Positions 45,193 to 54,982 of a stretch of DNA of 64,000 bases are shown here, piece by piece. Source of the DNA: an uncultured Thermococci archaeon. GTDB taxonomy: Archaea; Methanobacteriota_B; Thermococci; Methanofastidiosales; B48-G16. Position numbers and translations under genes: made by a program. A model generated the notes under the pieces. That model ran no database searches. It had not been told where the DNA came from and worked only from the letters and a program-made list of their open reading frames with translations. The stretch covers positions 96,001 to 160,000 of the forward strand of contig CAZQQT010000002.1 in the NCBI GenBank assembly GCA_964595645.1, in the 5' to 3' direction. Position 1 is the stretch's first letter; each line of letters starts with the position of its first letter.

Positions 45193-45237
45193 TTTATAAA
45201 CTTTACGCTTTTGTACATGAAAGTATAATATAGTACA
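45193..45237 (-). promoter_or_regulatory. trp promoter (TTTATAAA) plus three TRP-box-like hexamers
   Basis: TGTACA 45212-45217, AGTATA 45222-45227, AGTACA 45232-45237 (4-bp spacers) next to BRE/TATA. Confidence 0.6.
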
Positions 45238-45396
45238 TCAATTACACTTTATATACCTCAAACTACTATTTATATTAAAGTCGTTGATAGTTCCTTCAGA
45301 TATTTCACACAACACCCATCGAATTCCCTTCTGTACCTTTTCGTTCCATTGCGAAAGATACAAAAATTTAAATAGTTACAGTTACAATAGGTATGT

Positions 45397-45816
45397 TTGA
45401 AGATGAGAGATAAAAACATGGAGTACAAACGAGGAGACCTGAAAAAAATAATAGCTTCCTTAAAGAAAAAACGATTCACAGGAAGTGTACGATTCAATAA
45501 AGGAGAAGCGCTTTTTTCAGAGGGGAACCCTGTATTTTTTATTTACGATCATGAATTGAAGAAAGAAGATGTGGAAAGGTTTAATGAACAATCAAAAACA
45601 CCCTATAAGATAGAAAAACTTGATGAGGAGGAACTTCAATTAAGGATTAAATGGCACAAGCTCATCGATAACATTGAGGAAAAAAGCAGAGAGGAAGTCA
45701 TGGAAGATCTCGGTATACAGGAAGTGGAGAAAAAATATATTGTAAAAATTTTAGAAAGTGAGGATCTTTTATATCTCCTAGAAGAACGTGGTATTGATGC
45801 TTCTACTGAAGAATAA
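45397..45816 (+). CDS. Hypothetical protein, DUF2226-like N-terminal domain
   Basis: LKKKRFTGSVRF..G..LF..G pattern. Confidence 0.5.
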   Translation: MKMRDKNMEYKRGDLKKIIASLKKKRFTGSVRFNKGEALFSEGNPVFFIYDHELKKEDVERFNEQSKTPYKIEKLDEEELQLRIKWHKLIDNIEEKSREEVMEDLGIQEVEKKYIVKILESEDLLYLLEERGIDASTEE

Positions 45817-46372
45817 CCCGGTAGCTGAGGACCTCAAATCATCGTATATTAAAATAGAGGAACTTATACGTGAGATGAAAGAAAAGAAACTTACAGGATT
45901 CATCGAAGTACAGTTGAAAAAGGATAAAGATGTGCTCCTCTATGAGTCGGGTAAGGTTGTGAAGGTACTACGAATTAACTCTGACGTACAAGTTATCGAC
46001 AAAGATAGTGTGGTCATTGATCTTGTGAAAAAAAGTGCGAAATTTAGTGTCTACAGAATGAAAGCTTCCGTGGTGAGAATGGTTCTTGATTCCGTTGAGA
46101 ACGATCCTGTCTACTCCCATCTCTCAACAGATTTTGTGGATATGAGGAGACTTTTGAGAAAACTTCAGGAGGATGAGTTTAACGGTACAGTGTATGCCTT
46201 GTGGGAAGATGAGACTGAAGGAGCAATTCTCCTCTCGGACGGACTCCCATCAAGTTCAGTGTATCGGAGTAGTGGATTCATTGAGGAGGGAGCTGAAGCA
46301 CTGGAGGAGATAATTCGAAATGCAGGAGGAAAAAATGCAATTTTAACCGTATATCCCGGAAAAAAACAGTAA
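45788..46372 (+). CDS. Tandem DUF2226-like domain protein
   Basis: Internal duplication: LKSSYIKIEELI...KLTGFI / LSTDFVDMRRLL...EFNGTV. Confidence 0.55.
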   Translation: MVLMLLLKNNPVAEDLKSSYIKIEELIREMKEKKLTGFIEVQLKKDKDVLLYESGKVVKVLRINSDVQVIDKDSVVIDLVKKSAKFSVYRMKASVVRMVLDSVENDPVYSHLSTDFVDMRRLLRKLQEDEFNGTVYALWEDETEGAILLSDGLPSSSVYRSSGFIEEGAEALEEIIRNAGGKNAILTVYPGKKQ

Positions 46373-46383
46373 TTTCTTTACAC

Positions 46384-47136
46384 TCATTTATACGTTTTTT
46401 TCATGTCTTTTAATACAGGAAATTCATCCCGTATCTTTTTTACTAGTGACATGTCAATCTCACATATTAGTATCTTCTCCTCGGTATTCCCTTCAATGAT
46501 TCTTTCTCCCCACGGGTCGATTACCACGGAATGTCCGAAATACTCGAGGGTTTTATCTGTTCCCACTCTGTTACATCCAATGACGTATGCCTGGTTTTCT
46601 ATTGCACGTGCTTTCAGGAGCGTCCGCCAGTGATCGAGTCGAGGATACGGCCATTCTGCAGGTACAATTAGTAGTTCAGCTCCTTTTCTTGCAAGAGTTC
46701 GTGCAAGTTCCGGAAACCGTAGGTCGTAGCAGATAAGCATGCCCACATCCCTGTGTATACCAATCGTAGTCCCATGGTCAAAGAATTTTTCTTCGTTCAT
46801 TAATGAGAAGAGGTGCATCTTTCTGTACGAGGCCTCCAGTCCATGGGAGCTGACAACATGCATTGTATTGTAGCACTCTTCTGCCTTTTCAGCAATAGTT
46901 CCGAGAATTGTTGTACTATATTCTTCTGCAAGATCCGTCAGCGTTGTTATCGTTTCTCCATCCAGCGGCTCTGCCAGATCGTGGAGATTTTTTACATACC
47001 CCGTAGTCCAGAGCTCCGGAAGCACAATGAGATCTGATTTCTTTTCTGCTGCTTCTTTTATGAAAGATATCCCTCTCTGGAAATTTTTCTCCTTTTTTCC
47101 TACCTCTATGTCCATTTGCACTATCGAGATCTTCAT
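46384..47136 (-). CDS. Carbon-nitrogen hydrolase (nitrilase/omega-amidase family)
   Basis: LPELWTTGY, YRKMHLF, ICYDLRFPE, ARAIENQ. Confidence 0.92.
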   Translation of the reverse strand: MKISIVQMDIEVGKKEKNFQRGISFIKEAAEKKSDLIVLPELWTTGYVKNLHDLAEPLDGETITTLTDLAEEYSTTILGTIAEKAEECYNTMHVVSSHGLEASYRKMHLFSLMNEEKFFDHGTTIGIHRDVGMLICYDLRFPELARTLARKGAELLIVPAEWPYPRLDHWRTLLKARAIENQAYVIGCNRVGTDKTLEYFGHSVVIDPWGERIIEGNTEEKILICEIDMSLVKKIRDEFPVLKDMKKTYK

Positions 47137-47159
47137 GGTCTTTTTAAAAAAGAAAGGTA

Positions 47160-47846
47160 TTAAAGCGTTGTGGTTTCCTTCTCAACTTTTCCATCGCGTA
47201 GGAAGATAAGCCGCTCGGCATTCCCCGCCATCTCCATATCATGCGTCACGATGACAATTGTCGTACTGAACTCTGTGTTTAGCTCCTCCAGAATTCCCAT
47301 AATCTCCTTTCCCGTCGTGGTATCTACGGATCCCGTAGGTTCATCTGCGAGAATAATTTTCGGGTCATTTACGAGTGCTCGTGCCATCGCCACACGCTGT
47401 TTTTGTCCACCGGAGAGTTCAGGAGGCGCGTGCAGTGCTCGATCCTTCAATCCAACAGCTTCAAGGAGATTCAACGCCTTTTTTTTCTTTTTGCGGTTGA
47501 TTCCTTCAGGAAGGAGGGGAATAAGCACGTTTTCCAACGCTGTTAAGCTGGGAATGAGGTTGTGACTCTGGAATACAAACCCTATTTTGTCTCTTCGTAG
47601 TTTATAGAGAATCGATTTTGGGATCTTTGTGATATTCACTCCATCGATGATGACGCTTCCAGCAGTCGGTGTGTCGAGCGCCCCTATCTGATTTAAAAAT
47701 GTCGTTTTTCCCGAGCCCGAAGGACCGACAACACTCACAAACTCGCCCTTTTCAATGGTGAGTGTCACTCCATCCAAGGCTTTCACGATGATTTCTCCCA
47801 CCTTGTAGTATTTTTTTAGGTCGATTAACTCTATCATATTACTCAT
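47160..47846 (-). CDS. MacB/LolD-type ABC ATPase
   Basis: GPSGSGKTT, IGFVFQ, LSGGQKQRVA, ADEPTG. Confidence 0.93.
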   Translation of the reverse strand: MSNMIELIDLKKYYKVGEIIVKALDGVTLTIEKGEFVSVVGPSGSGKTTFLNQIGALDTPTAGSVIIDGVNITKIPKSILYKLRRDKIGFVFQSHNLIPSLTALENVLIPLLPEGINRKKKKKALNLLEAVGLKDRALHAPPELSGGQKQRVAMARALVNDPKIILADEPTGSVDTTTGKEIMGILEELNTEFSTTIVIVTHDMEMAGNAERLIFLRDGKVEKETTTL

Positions 47847-48969
47847 TCCTCAATGCTTCTATCGGATCAATGGATGCAGCACGGTACGCCGGATAGAGAC
47901 CACCCACCACGCCGAGAGATACTGCAAAGAGCATGACCTCTCCTACCAGTGTTGTAGTAATCTCTGCTTGGAACAACGATCCCCAGTAGGATGCGAGACC
48001 TGATGTGGCGATTTTTCCCCCGAGAACACCGAGAACTCCACCGAACACACCCAGCAATGAGCCTTCTAGGAGGATCATCTTGAGTGCATCACTGTTGCTC
48101 CATCCCACCGCTTTGAACACACCTATTTCCTTTGTGCGTTCAATGACAGACATGAGCATGGTGTTCATAATTCCGATACCTCCAACAATTGCAGCGATAG
48201 CCGATATTGCCCAGGTCATTGTTTGTATAGTATCTAAAAACTCCCCTATCTCTTTTGTTTGTTCTGCAGAACTTTTTGCTTCCACATCCGAAACAATTAA
48301 GTTTATTCTAGTGGCAACTTCCTTTTCCGTACCGGGCTGTTCGACTTTCACTCGGACCATATGGAGGATATCAGGATCCATCCCCGCTACCTCTCGGGCG
48401 ATATCGATGGGTATCGCTCTCATCTGATCCATGATGCTGTTTCCCGTCTCGATGATTCCCACTATTTCAAACGAGTGATCGTAGAACTCAACTTTACTTC
48501 CGAGACGGAGATCCTCTGCCTTCGCGTAGGAGCTTCCTACTATCATCTTATATCTGTCACTTGCCCTTAGTGCTCTCCCTTCCTTTATCTCTGTTGCCGC
48601 TGTCCCTATTAATTTTTCAGTGACGGGATCGATTCCATAAACCTCAAAGCTCCCCGCACCTCTTCCACTTGTTATCTCCTTTTCAGGGATGATCACCACA
48701 GGGGCAACGTACTTCACCCCCTTTATCTCTTCGATGGTAGACATTACTTCTTGGTCCATGGTCTGGGGCGCCATGGCTTGTCCACTTTTGGTCACAGTGA
48801 TATCACCGGTAAGTGAGCTCATCACCTCCAACGCATTACTTCTCAGCCCATTGGAGATCCCTACCAAGGAGACAATCGCAGCGACACCTATCATTATTCC
48901 TAATAAAGAAAGGAACGTCCTGGATTTCCGCCTTAGCATATTTTTGTACACCATCTCCAGGAGATTCAT
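47839..48969 (-). CDS. MacB/FtsX-type ABC permease
   Basis: RTFLSLLGIMIGV, GIMNTMLMSVIERTKEIG, YPAYRAA..DPIEALR. Confidence 0.92.
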   Translation of the reverse strand: MNLLEMVYKNMLRRKSRTFLSLLGIMIGVAAIVSLVGISNGLRSNALEVMSSLTGDITVTKSGQAMAPQTMDQEVMSTIEEIKGVKYVAPVVIIPEKEITSGRGAGSFEVYGIDPVTEKLIGTAATEIKEGRALRASDRYKMIVGSSYAKAEDLRLGSKVEFYDHSFEIVGIIETGNSIMDQMRAIPIDIAREVAGMDPDILHMVRVKVEQPGTEKEVATRINLIVSDVEAKSSAEQTKEIGEFLDTIQTMTWAISAIAAIVGGIGIMNTMLMSVIERTKEIGVFKAVGWSNSDALKMILLEGSLLGVFGGVLGVLGGKIATSGLASYWGSLFQAEITTTLVGEVMLFAVSLGVVGGLYPAYRAASIDPIEALRNE

Positions 48970-48973
48970 TGCA

Positions 48974-50476
48974 TCACTCCATCAGTTTTTTCATCTCTCG
49001 GTGTCTTTTAATCCACCATGCGAGTATCCCAATCACAAAAAGTACCGCAGCTCCAAGTATTAGTGGTGCACGCGACTCTCTTTCTTTCACTGTGAGTATA
49101 TAGACATCCTCGAGCGTTTTTTTATTCCCAGTCTCACCTTCGTATTCAACTGTAATGGCAACATTGATCTTTTTTCCTGCATCTGCTGGGACGATCGTGT
49201 TGAATACCGCTGCACTGCTCTCTTCTTTGCCGATACCTCCAACATAGCTGACAAATGTGCCAAGATCTGATGAGAATGTTACCTTTGCCACCTTCGCGTC
49301 ACCGGTTCCGATGTTCTCAAGGTTCACTGAGAGCGTCACTTCATCGCCTTTGAATGGTACCTTAGGATCCGAATCTGCCCCCTGAATTACTATCCGGGGC
49401 ACACCGCGGATCTCGAGTCCCAGTGTATGTGTTTCGGTTACTATCTCTCCACGCTCGTTCTTGTAAGCGAGGTTCACTGATATGGGGTAGGTTCCTGAAT
49501 CTAAGTCCTCGTTGATACTGAGATCAAATTCTACTTCTGTTGAGGTGTTTCCCCCGACATCGTTGTACACCTTCGTGAGATCGTCGTTGTTTGGAGTGAG
49601 AATGGGAATAGAGTTTACTACTGGATCTATTCCGATCTTCAACCATTCTATTTTCCCCTCTCCCGAGTTTTGGATGTTCATATGAAGCTCAAAATCATCA
49701 CCTGGAGACAGTGTGCCTGTGCTTACCTCATTAATATCTATTACCACATCTTTCATCTCTTCTATCTCGACAGCGATCGTTTTCTTTTCTGTTACTACAT
49801 TTCCAAACTCGTCTTTGTATGTAATGGAAAGTGTGAGAGGATAGACACCCTGCAGTGTCTTTTTATCCGTTTTCAGAGAAAATACAGTGTGAATTGTTTC
49901 CCCTGCGTCAATGTTTTTACGTATCTGTTCCATTGATCCCTTTGCAGGCATAAAGACATCACTCATGAGGATTAGCTTTGCCCATTCTATCTTTGCTCCC
50001 CCTTCATTATTCAGATTGAAACCAAGATCGAATGTCTCTCCAGGCTCGGGAGAGTCTGGATATGTGATATTTCCCACGGAAATTAGCACTTCGGAAACAA
50101 TCCGTAGTTCACAATCGAATTCTTGGGAAAAATTCTTGCTTTCTATTCTTCCTTCTATCGTATATTTCCCTGCGTTTGCGTTCTCGTCTATTTCTATCTC
50201 AAATATCGCCCTTTTCGGAATTGCTTTCCAGCCGTGTCCCATATCACCTAAATAGTACTCGGGATCTTCAATAGAAAATGGTCCCTTCGAGAACAGTTCT
50301 ACTCGAACGTTTTCGAGATCGAACTGTGTGTTGTTTGCGATAACAACACTTACTCGTGCGGTATCTCCTCCTTTGTAGTATGGGTTGTCTGGAATGACCT
50401 TCACATCGAAGGTATCTCCTGCGTATATTGGAGTCAGTAGACTTAAAATGACGACTAGTACTAATGCTCGTTTCAT
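48974..50476 (-). CDS. COG1361-type S-layer/Ig-fold repeat surface protein
   Basis: Signal peptide, repeated PG..F.L...N.G / G.YP...Y units, C-terminal TM. Confidence 0.8.
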   Translation of the reverse strand: MKRALVLVVILSLLTPIYAGDTFDVKVIPDNPYYKGGDTARVSVVIANNTQFDLENVRVELFSKGPFSIEDPEYYLGDMGHGWKAIPKRAIFEIEIDENANAGKYTIEGRIESKNFSQEFDCELRIVSEVLISVGNITYPDSPEPGETFDLGFNLNNEGGAKIEWAKLILMSDVFMPAKGSMEQIRKNIDAGETIHTVFSLKTDKKTLQGVYPLTLSITYKDEFGNVVTEKKTIAVEIEEMKDVVIDINEVSTGTLSPGDDFELHMNIQNSGEGKIEWLKIGIDPVVNSIPILTPNNDDLTKVYNDVGGNTSTEVEFDLSINEDLDSGTYPISVNLAYKNERGEIVTETHTLGLEIRGVPRIVIQGADSDPKVPFKGDEVTLSVNLENIGTGDAKVAKVTFSSDLGTFVSYVGGIGKEESSAAVFNTIVPADAGKKINVAITVEYEGETGNKKTLEDVYILTVKERESRAPLILGAAVLFVIGILAWWIKRHREMKKLME

Positions 50477-50657
50477 GATATCACCTACTTCAATGTAAGA
50501 AAGCTTATATATAAAGCTTTCGGATCTTACATAAAACAGAGGTTGGAAGAAAAAAAGAACTACAACAAGAATACACTTTTCATGCTACAAATTTCGATAT
50601 CCTCTCTTTCTTTTTTCAGATCGTTATTTTTATATTGTTCAAATATAACACATTTAT

Positions 50658-51188
50658 ATGAGCCAAAAAGTGAGGATCAAACGAGATTATGAAAAATGTA
50701 GTGGCTGTCGAAGATGTGAGATAGCATGTTCTCTTCATCATGAAGGTAAAATATGGCCCGAGGCATCGAGAATAAGAGTTTTCATGTTTGTTCCTGGCGT
50801 TGAAATTCCACACCTCTGTTTTCAATGCGAAGATTATCCATGTGTAGGTGCGTGTCCAGTCGAAGCATTGTCTGTAGATGACAACACAGGTGCAGTAAAG
50901 GTGGATGAAGCTGTGTGTACTGGCTGTGGATCATGTATAGAAGCTTGCCCCGGAAAAGTTCCGCATATGCACCCTCAAAAAAATAAGATAGTTATATGCG
51001 ATCTTTGCGATGGAGAGCCGAAATGTGTCGAGACATGTCAAAGAGGAGAGTGGAATGCCTTAACTCTCGTCCAGGAGGAAGAGGATATTTCTCATGAGGA
51101 TCGTGCAAAGTCCCCTACTGAAATTACTAAGGAAACCGCCGAAAAAATTTTTGGAAAAGAAATTTCTGAGGAGGTTCTAGGACAATGA
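50658..51188 (+). CDS. Polyferredoxin (4x Fe-S) small subunit
   Basis: CSGCRRCEIAC, CFQCEDYPCVGACP, CTGCGSCIEACP, CDLCDGEPKCVETC. Confidence 0.9.
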   Translation: MSQKVRIKRDYEKCSGCRRCEIACSLHHEGKIWPEASRIRVFMFVPGVEIPHLCFQCEDYPCVGACPVEALSVDDNTGAVKVDEAVCTGCGSCIEACPGKVPHMHPQKNKIVICDLCDGEPKCVETCQRGEWNALTLVQEEEDISHEDRAKSPTEITKETAEKIFGKEISEEVLGQ

Positions 51189-53056
51189 GAGGTTATACCG
51201 GGAAATTATTGGAAATCGATCTTTCTTGTGGTGAGATTAAGGAGATAAGCTTTCCCAATAAAGTTTTAAAAAATTACATTGGTGGTAGAGGACTTGGCAC
51301 CAAAATACTGTGGGATAGACTTGGAGAACAGTGGGAGATGGTCGATCCGTTCGGTCCAGAAAATGTTCTGCTCGTACTTACAGGCCCCTTAACAGGATAT
51401 CTGCTAGGGGCCAAGACCTGTGTATCGGGCAAATCCCCCCAACATAATGCGGTGATAGGCTCGACTGTTGCGGGAGAATTTGGCATAGATCTTAAGTGTG
51501 CGGGATACGATGGTCTGATAATAAAGGGAAAAGCTGAAAAACCATGCTATATTTTTATATGCGACGATACAATTGAAATAAAAGATGCAACAGATATTTG
51601 GGGTAAAAAAGCAAGAGAAACCCTGCACCATTTGGTCAAAAGATCGATTGAAGAAATTAAGGAGATCAGACCTAATTATGGAGAAGCAAAAGAACCTTCA
51701 ATCCTCTATGTAGGTCCTGCTGGAGAAAAACAAACAAGAACTGCAGCTGTTCTTTCTAAATATTCCCACGCAGCAGGATACGGAGGGTATGGAGGTGTGA
51801 TGGGATCTAAAAACCTGAAAGCCATAGTTGTGAAGGGATTTGGTCCACTTCCATCGGTCCATGAGAGGAAAAAGATGCTGGATCTAGACCAGAAATTCTC
51901 AAAAAAAGAGCTGAAAAGAGAAGAATTTAGACGATGGGGAACAGGCGGTGGAGGGTATTTCTTTGGAGCCGAAACAAGTTCTGAACCTATACGAAACTGG
52001 CAGGAAGAGTGGCACAATAAAGAAAGCTACAGAAGAGAAGAATTTGATAACTATTGGGTTAAAAAGTACTGGGGTGACTTTGGCTGCCCAGTGACATGTT
52101 TGAAACTTTCAGTGTTAAAAAAAGGAAAATACCGTGGAGCGATATGTGACAATCCCGATTATGAGTTACAGTCCTATCTGGGAACGAACCTTGGAATATT
52201 TAGGCCTGAAGATAACATCTACCTCTCCTTTCTCATCAACGAGCTTGGATTGTGCGCGATCCAAGCTGGGGCGGTCATGGGACTTTCAGCAGAGTTATAT
52301 GAAAAGGGAATACTGACTAAGGAAGATCTGGATGGCTTGGAACTTGAATGGGGAAACACCGATGCTTTTGCAGCTTTAGCTAAAAAAATTGCGTTTAGAG
52401 AGGGAATAGGAGATATTTTAGCTGAAGGTGTTTATAGGGCAGCGTTAAAACTTGGCAAGATGAAAAATAGGGATTTGCAGAAGTATGTTGTCCATGAGAA
52501 GGGTGTAGGCATCGGAGCCCACGGCGTGAGGAGTGGCGACGATTACGTCGTGCAGAACATTTCCTACGCATGCTCTGTTCAGGCCGGCGATCACACGTCA
52601 GGTGCATCTCTTCCATCACATGAGGGCGGTGAACTTCTCACGATATTCCATGATTCAGGGGTGCACTGCTTCTTCAGTACAGGACAGTTGGATGATTCGG
52701 AACTGTTTGAATTCTACGAGGCTGTCACAGGGTGGAAACTTGATAAGGAGAAATGGTACAATAGGAGAGCCCTGAGAATACTGCAGCTCCAGCGGGCTAT
52801 GTTGTTGCTAGGCGGCCCTGATCATAGATGGAATCCAGATCAGGATGATGACAATCCGCCAAAGTTTTGGGAGCCTTTACCCTCAGGCCCCTACGAGGGA
52901 AAAACTGTGGACAGGCAAGCATTCGAGGATGATAAACATGAGTACTACAACTCAGTCGGCTGGGACGAAAAAGGAGTACCGACACCGGAAGTACTCCAAG
53001 AGCTCGGTTTAGAAGATGTAGAATCGAAGCTTAGCGACGTAGGGCTGATCGAGTAG
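51185..53056 (+). CDS. Tungsten aldehyde:ferredoxin oxidoreductase family, WOR5/GOR-like two-subunit clade
   Basis: YIGGRGLG, GPLTG, KSP, GPAGE, GVMGSKNLKAI, DFGCPVTC, PDYE; coupled to the Fe-S subunit. Confidence 0.88.
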   Translation: MRGYTGKLLEIDLSCGEIKEISFPNKVLKNYIGGRGLGTKILWDRLGEQWEMVDPFGPENVLLVLTGPLTGYLLGAKTCVSGKSPQHNAVIGSTVAGEFGIDLKCAGYDGLIIKGKAEKPCYIFICDDTIEIKDATDIWGKKARETLHHLVKRSIEEIKEIRPNYGEAKEPSILYVGPAGEKQTRTAAVLSKYSHAAGYGGYGGVMGSKNLKAIVVKGFGPLPSVHERKKMLDLDQKFSKKELKREEFRRWGTGGGGYFFGAETSSEPIRNWQEEWHNKESYRREEFDNYWVKKYWGDFGCPVTCLKLSVLKKGKYRGAICDNPDYELQSYLGTNLGIFRPEDNIYLSFLINELGLCAIQAGAVMGLSAELYEKGILTKEDLDGLELEWGNTDAFAALAKKIAFREGIGDILAEGVYRAALKLGKMKNRDLQKYVVHEKGVGIGAHGVRSGDDYVVQNISYACSVQAGDHTSGASLPSHEGGELLTIFHDSGVHCFFSTGQLDDSELFEFYEAVTGWKLDKEKWYNRRALRILQLQRAMLLLGGPDHRWNPDQDDDNPPKFWEPLPSGPYEGKTVDRQAFEDDKHEYYNSVGWDEKGVPTPEVLQELGLEDVESKLSDVGLIE

Positions 53057-53108
53057 ATCAGTTCGGCCTACAAAAACACTATTTAATTTTTAATTTCTAT
53101 ACAAAGTC

Positions 53109-53576
53109 ATGTTTCTCGGAATCGATCTCGCCGGTACAAAAGAAAATACCACAGGCCTAGCGTGTCTCAACGATGAGTTTTTTGTGACCTCCGTTCACAC
53201 CGATGAGGATATTTTGGACTTTATCGAAACGCATGCACCAACGGTAACTGCCATCGATGCTCCGCTTTCATTCCATGGCAAGCCTTTTAGAGATGGCGAT
53301 CAGGAGCTACAAAAAGAGTATAGTATATTACCATTAACCTTTAAAGGAATGCGAAAGCTCACTCAACGAGGAATAAAACTCAAAGAGAAGATTGCAGGGA
53401 CAGTGATAGAGACGTACCCCTATGCCTCACGGAAAAAGATAAAAGATAGGATTTTCACACAGTATACTGACAATATCCACGAAGAAGATGCGTTGATATC
53501 AGCCTTTGTTGCGAGAGCGTACTATTATAATACCGCTCGATGTTACGGCAACCAAGACAGGATATATATCCTGTAG
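53109..53576 (+). CDS. DUF429 family predicted RNase H-fold nuclease
   Basis: LGIDLAG, AIDAPLS, IETYP, HEEDA. Confidence 0.8.
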   Translation: MFLGIDLAGTKENTTGLACLNDEFFVTSVHTDEDILDFIETHAPTVTAIDAPLSFHGKPFRDGDQELQKEYSILPLTFKGMRKLTQRGIKLKEKIAGTVIETYPYASRKKIKDRIFTQYTDNIHEEDALISAFVARAYYYNTARCYGNQDRIYIL

Positions 53577-53840
53577 GTCTCTAGATCTAAATTAGCTATA
53601 TTTGAATATATTCTTTAAAATATCTTTTCTCCACTTTTTAATATAAATGTTTTTTATAAAGAAAAGAAGGCCTAATATTGAATTAATGATTGATAAGATG
53701 ACATAAATCATCTTAAAATATTATTCCACGAAAAATAGCATTCAGTTGTGTATAAAAAGCGCATAGAAAACCGAAAACTTTATAAACCCGAGATCTAGAT
53801 CTATTACAAACGGACGAGTTAATAATGAAATGTATAGTAA

Positions 53841-54386
53841 ATGATAGAGGATCATATGAGAATAAAGAAAAGGGTTGCAATTGTAATAACATTCTCTCTT
53901 TTTATTTTAAGTGGTGTAGTCTTCAATGGAGTTCATGGAGCGGCCTTCGATGGAAGAATTAACTACATCCACGTGAACGGTGCAGATAATCCAGAAGGGG
54001 ATCTCGTGGTTACCGTCGAGCTTGAGTGTGTTGGAAACCCTATCAGTCAGTCCTCGGCCTCAATTGATGTGACTTGCAGTTGTGATTCTTCTTGGTCGTT
54101 GAGTAAATATGACTGCAAAAGAAATATTCGGATGTCACCAGACGGTACAAGCGGACCACAGATTAGAACACTTACTTGGACAATTCCTGCTTCGGCACTT
54201 CCGTGTCAGGGTGATTATACCGTGTGTGTATACTGGGATAGAAGCAATAATTGTACACGAGGAAAATTGATCTGCGGCGCTGAATGTGCTACCGATTACT
54301 CCGTTCCGTCGTTAGGAACCGGACTGTTTGTGGTGTTTTTAGCTGTTCTCGTGGCACTCTCTTTCTGGAGCGTGAGACAATGGTAA
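53841..54386 (+). CDS. Secreted Cys-rich protein with candidate C-terminal sorting signal (VPSLG-TM-R)
   Basis: Signal peptide, 9 Cys, DYSVPSLGTGLFVVFLAVLVALSFWSVRQW; coupled to the exosortase gene. Confidence 0.7.
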   Translation: MIEDHMRIKKRVAIVITFSLFILSGVVFNGVHGAAFDGRINYIHVNGADNPEGDLVVTVELECVGNPISQSSASIDVTCSCDSSWSLSKYDCKRNIRMSPDGTSGPQIRTLTWTIPASALPCQGDYTVCVYWDRSNNCTRGKLICGAECATDYSVPSLGTGLFVVFLAVLVALSFWSVRQW

Positions 54387-54982
54387 CCACACTCGCGTTT
54401 CTTCTGTTCCTCGTCTTGTACATCGGTGTGGTGATATTCTTCCGAATGAAAAAGATGTGGTTTCCCTACTTTTTAGTAGGAGCCTTTGGGCTTACGTTTA
54501 TTATTATCTTCACACTTGTTACTCTTGGTCTTGATGAGCGAATCGGTAGCATCGAGATCGGCCACGTAAATACCCTCTCGCACGTCTTCGGTGTTGATAC
54601 GCGTGTATTCGACGGTACGGACCTTGCTGTTCCCGATCCCACAGGATGGAGTATTCTGTCCATCAATGTGGAGTGTTCTGGTATTCTTGAATCTGCAACA
54701 ATCTTCTCCTTGCTGCTGTTTTATCCAGCTTTTTTTGTCCCGAAAAAGATTTTTTTGATTACAATTGGAATGATTTTCACTTATATTGCCAATCTTGCGC
54801 GAATGCTTCTCATAGTTGGGATCACCACTGTATACGGGAAAGATATGGTATATTTTGCACATGCGGTACTGGGAAGGGTAGTTTTTTTCCTATTGGTCGT
54901 AGGTATTTACTGGTACTTCGTCACACGACCTTCACTGGGTGTGGTGTATAAGAGAGCGCAGGAGGTGACTCACTATGAATGA
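54380..54982 (+). CDS. Exosortase/archaeosortase family protein, XrtG-like (start moved to ATG 54380)
   Basis: Cys-Arg-His triad: ECSGILE, ANLARM, FAHAVLGRVVF; C-terminal YWYFVTRP. Confidence 0.85.
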   Translation: MVTTLAFLLFLVLYIGVVIFFRMKKMWFPYFLVGAFGLTFIIIFTLVTLGLDERIGSIEIGHVNTLSHVFGVDTRVFDGTDLAVPDPTGWSILSINVECSGILESATIFSLLLFYPAFFVPKKIFLITIGMIFTYIANLARMLLIVGITTVYGKDMVYFAHAVLGRVVFFLLVVGIYWYFVTRPSLGVVYKRAQEVTHYE

